Origin: an uncultured Armatimonadetes bacterium
GTDB taxonomy: Bacteria > Armatimonadota > Hebobacteria > Hebobacterales > Hebobacteraceae
DNA length: 64,000 bases
Assembly (NCBI GenBank): GCA_963716175.1
Contig: OY970296.1
Location: forward strand, 480,001-544,000
Direction of reading: 5' to 3'
Shown one piece after another: positions 56,858-64,000 of this stretch; position 1 is the stretch's first letter, and each line of letters begins with the position of its first letter. Below the pieces are notes generated by a model. That model was not told where the DNA came from. It saw nothing but the letters and a program-made list of their open reading frames with translations, and made no database searches. Made by a program: the position numbers and the translations under genes.

Positions 56858-57970
56858 TCACACTGCGATCGGATACCGCCCGTACTTGAGTGCCGCCTCC
56901 CGCATGGCGTTGAAGTTCGCCAGCGGCACATACTCTGTGACCGAGTTGGAGGAGCCGAGGCAGTAGCCTCCACCAGGCGCGATGGTGCGGATGCGCTCCT
57001 TGGCCTCGGCCTCCACCTCGGCCGGGCTGCCGCGGGTGAGGGTGTAGCCCAGGTCGAGGTTGCCCATGAGGCAGAGGCGACCGCCGTACTCTCGCTTCAG
57101 GCGCACGATATCCATGGCCTTCGGCTCGATGGGATGGAGCGCGTTGAAGCCGCAGTCGAGGATATCGGGGAGCACCTCGGTCAGGTCGCCGTCAGAGTGG
57201 TAGATGAGGGGCAGGCCGCGCGCGGCGCAGTCCTCGCCCATGCGGTGGAACCACGGGAACAGGTGCTCTCGCAGCAGGCGCGGATTCACCATCAGCCCGG
57301 TAGAATGGGCGATGTCATCCGGCATCCAGATCGCCCCCACGCAGTCGTAAGCCAGCAGCCGGCGGAAGACCCGATACTGGAGATCGCCAATGCGCTCGAA
57401 CATCGCCCCCACCAGGCCCGGGTCCTCGTGCAGCACATAGGAGAAGGTCTCGAAGCCCATCATGATCCAGAGGGGGGTGAAGATCCAGCCCTGATAGGCC
57501 ACCGCCTTCATGCCCGGAGGCAGCATCCCGCCGATCTGATCCCAGGCTGAGTAGTCGAAATCCTCGGGCTCGGGCCAGGGAAAACGCGCGAATTCCTCTC
57601 GATTGGTGATCAGGCCCTTGTGCTCTTCCGCCCAGGCCCGCTCCTTGAAGCCATCGCCATAGAGGCCATACCGGCCCCGCTTCCAGTGGATAATGGGTGA
57701 GACCCGGTCCCCCAGTTGGCGGACGGTGTCGGTGCTGAACCCCATGCCGAACATCACCCGGATGCCGCAGGCGAGTGGGATGTAGTCATACCCCGCAGTC
57801 ACCCAGAACTCGAGGTCATCCGCCAGGCTCTCGATCGGCCGTCCCAAGAACGCCGCCTTCACCTCGATGTCTATCCCGCCCTCGGCCAAGGGCACACGAT
57901 CCGGCTCGCCCTGGTTCAGCAGGGCGGTGCGGAGGCGGCGGAAGTTGGGGGTACATACGTCGCTTGTCAA
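56858..57970 (-). CDS. Uroporphyrinogen decarboxylase/MtaA-CmuA superfamily protein
   Basis: GEPDRVP, DDIA, HSDG, HPIEP, GNLD, GGGYCLGSSNS; start uncertain. Confidence 0.88.
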   Translation of the reverse strand: MTSDVCTPNFRRLRTALLNQGEPDRVPLAEGGIDIEVKAAFLGRPIESLADDLEFWVTAGYDYIPLACGIRVMFGMGFSTDTVRQLGDRVSPIIHWKRGRYGLYGDGFKERAWAEEHKGLITNREEFARFPWPEPEDFDYSAWDQIGGMLPPGMKAVAYQGWIFTPLWIMMGFETFSYVLHEDPGLVGAMFERIGDLQYRVFRRLLAYDCVGAIWMPDDIAHSTGLMVNPRLLREHLFPWFHRMGEDCAARGLPLIYHSDGDLTEVLPDILDCGFNALHPIEPKAMDIVRLKREYGGRLCLMGNLDLGYTLTRGSPAEVEAEAKERIRTIAPGGGYCLGSSNSVTEYVPLANFNAMREAALKYGRYPIAV

Positions 57971-58043
57971 GTGCCCATCTCCTGGACGCGGCGCTGAACG
58001 CGGCCCTGGATTGCTCGCCTGCATTGACGAGTCCTGCATGAGG

Positions 58044-58781
58044 CTAGCGGTAGATCGCCGGCGCAGGCCCCTTGGATTCCACGTACTTGCGCAAGATGGT
58101 AAGCTCCGACTCGATTTTCGCGCGCAGACCCGACCTCGGGTACCGTCGCAGAACCGCCTCATATCGTGCGACGAAATCACGAGCGCATGCGCGCGAGCGG
58201 TCATCCGAGACCATGAAAACGGCCTCATCGTACTTCCTGTAGAGCAGGTCCTCTCGCACCAGCGCGTACGCCACTGCGTCGGCCTCCGGGTGACCCGGAT
58301 AGCGCCTCAGCAACTCCCGCAGTGCCCGCTTGTCGTAATGCCACCCTGCATCTCCCTCCGAGGTCACGATGGAGAGTCCATAGGTCCGCTTGAGCCATCT
58401 CACAACTCCCCTGCCGTAGGATGGAGTGTCCATCTCCGGCACGAGGACATCGTGCAGTTCTTCCCGCACTTTCTCGGCGCAGTCCGCGATCATCAGCAAG
58501 ACCTCAGGGTCACGGCGATCGCTTGGGTGCTGGGTATGCACTTCCTTGTAGTCCCGGAAGGCCGCGCCCCACCACCCTCTTTGGTACGCGTCCCTGGCGC
58601 GGTCCAGCCCGGACCCGCCGGCCGGCCAAGGCGATTCCGTTGATTCCAGCGGCGCGACCTTGATCTCGATCTCGCCGAATCTGTCCTTGGCGGAGGCGGC
58701 AGAACACGGGCCGGACAGCCGAGGCACGGACAAGAGCACAAAGGGCAAGATCGAGAGACCTAGCCACCTCGACAGCATCAT
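58044..58781 (-). CDS. Secreted hypothetical helical-repeat protein (TPR/BamD-like)
   Basis: Signal peptide; repeated L.RYP motifs; GGAGG RBS; lower GC than flanks. Confidence 0.55.
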   Translation of the reverse strand: MMLSRWLGLSILPFVLLSVPRLSGPCSAASAKDRFGEIEIKVAPLESTESPWPAGGSGLDRARDAYQRGWWGAAFRDYKEVHTQHPSDRRDPEVLLMIADCAEKVREELHDVLVPEMDTPSYGRGVVRWLKRTYGLSIVTSEGDAGWHYDKRALRELLRRYPGHPEADAVAYALVREDLLYRKYDEAVFMVSDDRSRACARDFVARYEAVLRRYPRSGLRAKIESELTILRKYVESKGPAPAIYR

Positions 58782-58805
58782 AGCCCCCTCCTGTGAGACG
58801 GGCAA

Positions 58806-59078
58806 TCAAGCGGAGGCAGCGTCCTCGCTTCTGCCCACCACCTCCGCACTCACCACCTTGATCTGCATCCCCGCCGGCAGTGTGGTGATCTTCACCTCCA
58901 CCCTCGGCAACCCTTCGCGCTCCGCCAGCGCCTGAATCCAGAAAGTGAGCTGATCTTCCTCGATCAGGTTGAGCGCGCCGACCTCCAGCTTGATCGCTTT
59001 CACCCGGCTGGCGCGGTGCTCGGCGGCAGCCCTGGCCACACTCGCCCATATCTGAGAGGCGATGGAGAGTTCGTGCAA
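58806..59078 (-). CDS. hypA: HypA/HybF-like nickel metallochaperone lacking the zinc-finger domain
   Basis: (M)HELSIA Ni-binding N-terminus, VKAIKLEVGAL, QLTF; no Cys residues; directly downstream of hypB. Confidence 0.8.
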   Translation of the reverse strand: MHELSIASQIWASVARAAAEHRASRVKAIKLEVGALNLIEEDQLTFWIQALAEREGLPRVEVKITTLPAGMQIKVVSAEVVGRSEDAASA

Positions 59079-59090
59079 CAGAATTCCCCC

Positions 59091-59125
59091 GGTGGGCATC
59101 CGCCTGCGGCGCATACCCGCCCTAC
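59091..59125 (-). repeat. GTAG-type REP overlapping the hypB stop codon
   Basis: Minus strand GTAGGGCGGGTATGCGCCGCAGGCGGATGCCCACC. Confidence 0.6.
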
Positions 59126-59793
59126 AGCAGCTTCAGCGCGCGCAGCACCTCGTCAATGCCTTCGCCGGCCAGACAGTTGGTCTTCACCACCCGCAGCCCG
59201 GGTCGCGTTGCCTGGAGATCGGCCATGGGCCGGTCCAGGTCAACCTGCACGGCCTCCGCGATGTCTATCTTGTTCAACGCGACCAGGTCCGCCGAGCGGA
59301 ACATGGCGGGATGCTTTTCGATCACGTGCGTGCCCTCACTGGCCGAGACCACCACCACCCGCGCCTCGACCCCGAGCGAGAAGTAGGAGGGACAGATCAG
59401 GTTGCCTACGTTCTCGATAAACAGGATGCCGATTCCCGGCTCCAGCCTCTGCAGGGCCTGATGCACTAGCTTCGCGTCGAGATGGCACATCCCGCCGGTG
59501 TTGATCTGCAACACCTGGCGCGCGCCCTTCCCGGTCACTCGCTCGGCATCATAGGTGGTGGCCACATCCCCGGCGATCACGGCCACGCCGTGTGTCCCGC
59601 TCAGCCTCTCGACCATTCCGGCGATCAGCGACGTCTTCCCCAATCCCACCGAGCCGGCGATGTCGAAGGCGCGGATGCCCCGCTGGCGGAACCACGCCCG
59701 GTTATGCTCCGCGAGTTCCTCCAGTCGGGCCTGGATGTCCTCGCCGATCTGAATCTCCACGCTGCCCTGTTCTGTGATCTCGAAGAGCCGCAT
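59122..59793 (-). CDS. hypB: Nickel incorporation GTPase HypB
   Basis: GSVGLGKTS, QINTGGMCHLDA, ENVGNLICP, NKID. Confidence 0.93.
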   Translation of the reverse strand: MRLFEITEQGSVEIQIGEDIQARLEELAEHNRAWFRQRGIRAFDIAGSVGLGKTSLIAGMVERLSGTHGVAVIAGDVATTYDAERVTGKGARQVLQINTGGMCHLDAKLVHQALQRLEPGIGILFIENVGNLICPSYFSLGVEARVVVVSASEGTHVIEKHPAMFRSADLVALNKIDIAEAVQVDLDRPMADLQATRPGLRVVKTNCLAGEGIDEVLRALKLL

Positions 59794-59962
59794 CTATGTC
59801 TCCCTGCACTGCTCTTCGACAGTGCTGGGTCCTGTTCCTGGCGAAGGCAGCACCAAACGGCAAAGCCCAGCCGCGCAGCCTTACAGGTTGGGGCGGGCTG
59901 TGCGCAGAACTTGACTGTGCGGCGCGCGTGACCGCGCGCCTACCACTACGTGGAGGCTACCT

Positions 59963-61099
59963 GTGGATCCAATCAGAGTGGGTGTGATCGGCGTCACCAA
60001 TCGCGGCGGGTTCTATGTCAGGCAGTTTCACAAGCACGTTCCGGGAACCCAGGTGGTGGCGGGGATGGATGTCTCTGATGCCGCGCTCGACCACTTCCGC
60101 GAGGGGGTCGGCCGCGACGCGTTCGTCACCAAAGACTACCGCGCCCTGGTGAATCACCCCGACGTGGAGGCGGTCTGCATCGCCAGCCCCGACAAGTTCC
60201 ACGAGGAGCAGGGCCTGGCTGCGCTGGAGGCGGGGAAGCACTTGCTGTTGGAGAAGCCCATGGCGATCACCGTGGAGGGATGCGACCGCCTGCTAGCCGC
60301 GCACAAGAAGGCAAAGGTGGTCTTCGGCCTGGGCCTGTGCATGCGCTACATGCCGCTGTACCAGAAGACGAAGGAGATCATTGACTCCGGTGAGATCGGC
60401 GAGATCAAGGCCTACTGGTGCAACCATTATGTGGGCCTGGGAGGTCACTACTACTTCCACGATTGGCACGCGGTGAGGGCGAACGCGACCGGCCTCCTCC
60501 TCCAGAAGGGCACCCATGACCTGGACATGATGCACTTTCTGACGGGACGTTACACTCGCCGCGTGGTCGCCTTCGGAAGCCGCGATTACTATGGCGGCGA
60601 CAAGCCCAATGACCTCCACTGCCCCGATTGCCCGGAGCAGGAGACCTGTCCCGAGGCCCAGCTCGGGGAACCGCCTCACTTCTCTCTCTGCGCCTTCCGC
60701 AAAGAGGTGGACGTGGAGGATAACCATGCCCTGATCATGGAGCCGGAGGGCGGGATCAAGGCTGCCTACCAGGAATGCCACTTCACCCCCGACTATCACC
60801 GCGATCACATCGCCATCGGCACCAAAGGGCGGGTGTTCGCGGACGAGCTGAATGACACCGTAGTCGTGAAGACCCGCCGCGGCGCCGCCGACGCGGTGTA
60901 CACGCTCCGGTCCGACGACGGTGGACACGGTGGCGGGGACCCCCGCATGGTGCGGGACTTCGTCCACGCCATCCGGGAGGGAGGCGCGATGCTGACCGAC
61001 CCGCTCTCTGGCCGGATGAGCGTCGCAGTCGGCTGCGCTGCGCACGAGTCGCTGCGCGCGGGCGGCAGGCCGGTAGAGATCTCGCGGCCCGCGAGCTAG
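59963..61099 (+). CDS. Gfo/Idh/MocA oxidoreductase
   Basis: GVIG, SPD..H, LEKPMA, QKGTHDLD, GHGGGD. Confidence 0.92.
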   Translation: MDPIRVGVIGVTNRGGFYVRQFHKHVPGTQVVAGMDVSDAALDHFREGVGRDAFVTKDYRALVNHPDVEAVCIASPDKFHEEQGLAALEAGKHLLLEKPMAITVEGCDRLLAAHKKAKVVFGLGLCMRYMPLYQKTKEIIDSGEIGEIKAYWCNHYVGLGGHYYFHDWHAVRANATGLLLQKGTHDLDMMHFLTGRYTRRVVAFGSRDYYGGDKPNDLHCPDCPEQETCPEAQLGEPPHFSLCAFRKEVDVEDNHALIMEPEGGIKAAYQECHFTPDYHRDHIAIGTKGRVFADELNDTVVVKTRRGAADAVYTLRSDDGGHGGGDPRMVRDFVHAIREGGAMLTDPLSGRMSVAVGCAAHESLRAGGRPVEISRPAS

Positions 61100-61129
61100 C
61101 GCGCAGGGCCTACCTGCGTAGGCGGCGAG

Positions 61130-61947
61130 CTAGGCCTGCGCCTGTCCGTACTGCTGCACCAGTGGGCCGGCTGTCAGCGCCGGCTGCTGCGACTCGAAGG
61201 TCGGCCGGTCGCGGCGATAGATGATCCCGATGGGGATCTCGTCCCCCACTGGAAGGCCAGCTCCAGGGCCTTGGCGCGATCAAAGGCGTCGTGGGAATCG
61301 GGCACGGGTCGCACCCGCTCCCGGTACCACTGGTAGGTATTCAGGCGGTTGTAGGTCGGGCAGGGCTGGAGAATGTCCAGCAGAGCGAACCCCTGGTGGC
61401 GGAAGGCGGCCACCATCATCGCCTGCAAGTGCTTGGGATCGCCGGCGTAGGAGCGCGCCACGAAGGAGCAGTCCTGCGCGATCGCGATCGCCAGGGCATT
61501 GAACGGCAGCGCCCCGACTCCATGGGTCTGCACCGGGGTGACGAAACCCAGGTCGGAGGTTGGCGAGGCCTGCCCCTTCGTGAGGCCGTAGACCTGATTA
61601 TTGTGGACGAACACCTTGATCCCGATGTTGCGCCGGATGCTGTGGATCAGGTGATTTCCGCCCTCCCCATAGACGTCGCCATCACCACTCGTCACCACTA
61701 CCTCCAGCCCGTGATTCGCCAGCTTGATCCCGGTGGCAGCGGGCAGCGGCCTTCCGTGGAGGCCGTTGAAGACATTGGCGGTGGTGTAGTGCGGCAGCTT
61801 GGCGGCCTGGCCGATCCCCGACACCAACACCAGCTTGTGGCGGTCGAGCCCGGCCTCCTCAATCGCCCTGTCCAGGGTCCTGAGGATGAGGAAGTCGCCG
61901 CATCCCGGGCACCACGCGATATCGCGGTCGAAGTAGAGCTTGGTCAT
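61130..61947 (-). CDS. 2-oxoacid:ferredoxin oxidoreductase beta subunit (apparent frameshift in a G run near 61248)
   Basis: WCPGCG, SGIG, LHGR, GDGD..GEG.NH, NNQVYGLTKGQ.SPT, QPCPTYN; the WGDEIPIG motif is restored by adding one G. Confidence 0.92.
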
Positions 61948-63614
61948 GACTGCGCCCTCCTCGCAATCTCCTCTCCGGTGAAGGGCAAGCCGTCGTACTT
62001 CAGCACCAGCTCGCACTCCCCCAGCACCCCTCGTTCCCGCAGCAGAGACGCGAACTGGCCAGTGGCGTTGCACTCCACCACCGCGATTCGCTTTGGCTTG
62101 GCCGCGGCGAGAATGGAGCGCAGCGCCTCCGCGTTGAGCGGCCAGACTTGCGAGAAGTGGAGCATCGCCGCGGACACATCGCGCTCGTTCAGGGCATCCA
62201 CGGCCTCCCGGCAGGGCCCATAGCTGGAACCCCAGCACAGCAGCAGCAGCTCCGCTTCCTCCGCCCCATACCGCTCCGGCGCCAGCGCTTCATCGGCCAT
62301 GCCCTTGAGCTTGGCCAGCCGTTTGTCCTGCATCTGCACCCGCGTCCGCAGGTCCTCCGTGATGTGCCCCTCCTCACCGTGCTCATCCGAGTCCACGACC
62401 ACGAAGGCCTCTCCTCCCGGCAGCGCCCTGGGCGAGACCCCGTCGGGGGTCACCGCGTAGCGCACGTAACCGGCTGCCGCATCGCTGACGATATGTCGGT
62501 CTATGGGACGCGCGGTCCGCGCGAGTGGCTCGAGGTTCTTCTTCATGTCCGCGAGGAACTGGTCCATTAGCATGATCACCGGGGTCTGGTACTCGTGCGC
62601 AGTCTCCAGGCCGCGGCGGGTGATCTCATAGGCCTGCCCGATCGTCCCCGGTGCGTAGACCGCCTTGGCGAACTCCCCGTGCCCGGCATTGACGGCGAAC
62701 TTCAGGTCCTGCTGGGCCGTGCGGGTAGGCAGCCCGGTGGCCGGGCCGGGTCTTTGCCCAAGCATGATGAAGGCCGGCAGCTCCAGCATGCCCGCCAGCG
62801 CCACTCCCTCCACCATCAGCGCGAAGCCGCCCCCGCTGGTGACGGTCATCGCCGGGACCCCCGCGTAGGCGGCCCCGCATACCATGTTGATGGCGGCGAT
62901 CTCATCCTCCGCCTGCTCCACCACTATCCCGAACTCGTCGGCGAGGCTAGCCAGATGGGAGAAGACGTTCGTGGAGGGAGTCATGGGGTAGGCGGCAACG
63001 AACTTCACGCCCGCGGTGGCTGCGGCCAGGGCGATGGCCTCGCTGCCGGAGCAGACGAACTCCGGCGCGCCCACACCCCTGGGCGGAAGCATGGCCCCGA
63101 CGTAGGGCTCGGCCAGCTCCGCGCCGCGCCGCGCGCACTTGATGTTGGCCTCCACTATGTCCGGGCCCTTGCCGCCGAATCTGCTCTCCAGGTGGGAGTG
63201 GAGCTGCGCGGCGTCGTAGCCGAGCAGCGCAAAGACTGCTCCTGCCGCCACCGTGTTCGCCATCACCTCCGCCCCGGTCAGCTCCTTCGCCTCCCTCCCC
63301 AACTCAATGGCGACCGTCCCCGCCTGGGGCCTGCCGTTCAACAGGATGAGCGTCCATTGGTCAACCTGGGCCCTCAGGAACTCCAGCGCCTCCGCAGCCA
63401 GCACCACCAGCAGATTGGGTTTCTCCTTGCCGACGAAGAGCTCTCTGTCAGCGATCCTGATATCTATCCAGTTGAGGCCGCCGCGGATGCGCGACATATA
63501 GGTCTCGGTGCTGAAGACATGCAGTCCCATGCCGGCGAAAGCGTTGCTCAGCAAGCCGCCGATGGTCTCGATCCCTTGCCCGGCGGCGCCCGCGACTCGT
63601 ATGCTCAGGTCCAA
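61944..63614 (-). CDS. 2-oxoacid:ferredoxin oxidoreductase alpha subunit (with fused gamma domain)
   Basis: GAAGQG, SRIRGG.N, YPMTPST, QAEDEIAA, TSGGG, RPGPATGLPT, SDEH. Confidence 0.94.
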   Translation of the reverse strand: MDLSIRVAGAAGQGIETIGGLLSNAFAGMGLHVFSTETYMSRIRGGLNWIDIRIADRELFVGKEKPNLLVVLAAEALEFLRAQVDQWTLILLNGRPQAGTVAIELGREAKELTGAEVMANTVAAGAVFALLGYDAAQLHSHLESRFGGKGPDIVEANIKCARRGAELAEPYVGAMLPPRGVGAPEFVCSGSEAIALAAATAGVKFVAAYPMTPSTNVFSHLASLADEFGIVVEQAEDEIAAINMVCGAAYAGVPAMTVTSGGGFALMVEGVALAGMLELPAFIMLGQRPGPATGLPTRTAQQDLKFAVNAGHGEFAKAVYAPGTIGQAYEITRRGLETAHEYQTPVIMLMDQFLADMKKNLEPLARTARPIDRHIVSDAAAGYVRYAVTPDGVSPRALPGGEAFVVVDSDEHGEEGHITEDLRTRVQMQDKRLAKLKGMADEALAPERYGAEEAELLLLCWGSSYGPCREAVDALNERDVSAAMLHFSQVWPLNAEALRSILAAAKPKRIAVVECNATGQFASLLRERGVLGECELVLKYDGLPFTGEEIARRAQS

Positions 63615-63683
63615 GTGAGTGCCTCCCGCGCGACGGTGGTTTCCAGCCAGCGGCATCGGTTCCTGGCTCCCCTAGCCCCCAAA

Positions 63684-64000
63684 TCACGACACTGGGCCGA
63701 TATCGGCCATGGTCCTCAGACCGGGCGGGGCGGCGACGATGATGGGGATAGCATGCGTCAGCATGGCGCAGGTGGCAGTATCGCCGCGCACCCCGGCCGC
63801 AATGGTGAACCGCAGCGGCGGATCGCCCTCGATGATGACCGTGTCTCGCACGTCTTCCTCGCCCGTCTCGCGCAACCTCTCATCCCTGGCAACGGACGGA
63901 GACCAGTTTCCGCCTGCCGGCTGGAGTACCCGATGGCAGGTGTGACTGCGCGAGTCCTGGAAGTCCGCGTTCATGCGCCTGCTCGCGATCGAGACTAGCT
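63684..64000 (-). CDS. 3' end of a 2,4-diaminopentanoate dehydrogenase/DapB-like oxidoreductase (partial)
   Basis: DTVIIEGDP..GV.GD.AT..IP....APPGLRTMAD C-terminal signature; frame is open to the window edge but the upstream part does not look homologous. Confidence 0.55.
   Translation of the reverse strand, partial: LVSIASRRMNADFQDSRSHTCHRVLQPAGGNWSPSVARDERLRETGEEDVRDTVIIEGDPPLRFTIAAGVRGDTATCAMLTHAIPIIVAAPPGLRTMADIGPVS

Noticed and set aside
8403-59125. Palindromic repeats considered as a CRISPR array or integron attC sites
   Set aside because: They are dispersed and variable with no regular repeat-spacer period; there are no cas or intI genes and I saw no RYYYAAC/GTTRRRY box pairs. They fit REPs better.

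Overview
This is a GC-rich bacterial chromosomal window of about 60 genes, mostly housekeeping and carbohydrate or anaerobic metabolism. The gene content (DUF6785 membrane protein, DUF4091 hydrolase, URO-D family, TIM-barrel isomerases) is suggestive of an Armatimonadota-like anaerobe, but that is inference only. Recognisable genes include a tRNA(CAT), a LonC-like protease, rsgA, rmuC, ychF, galT, a dCMP deaminase-tagO-wecB block, a trkA-trkA-pfk-fba-hppA-rlmN run, tsaE-tsaB-rimI, a ferredoxin:thioredoxin reductase pair, hypAB and 2-oxoacid:ferredoxin oxidoreductase alpha/beta. I saw no CRISPR array, integrase, transposase or prophage. About seven apparent single-base frameshifts, several in conserved genes, look like long-read assembly errors. 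The most interesting signals lie largely outside the ORF track: (1) a promoter-leader peptide-terminator attenuator ahead of an rsgA-GNAT-APH-methyltransferase operon; (2) a 19-aa CxxC/poly-Lys microprotein gene with its own promoter, RBS and terminator, divergent from a DUF1854/ABC transporter pair; (3) a highly paired RNA of about 235 nt with a three-way junction upstream of galT; (4) a HypA lacking its zinc-finger domain; (5) a diverse GTAG-type REP family that supplies stop codons and brackets an Abi-type defence gene. All family assignments come from motif recognition by eye; no database searches were run.
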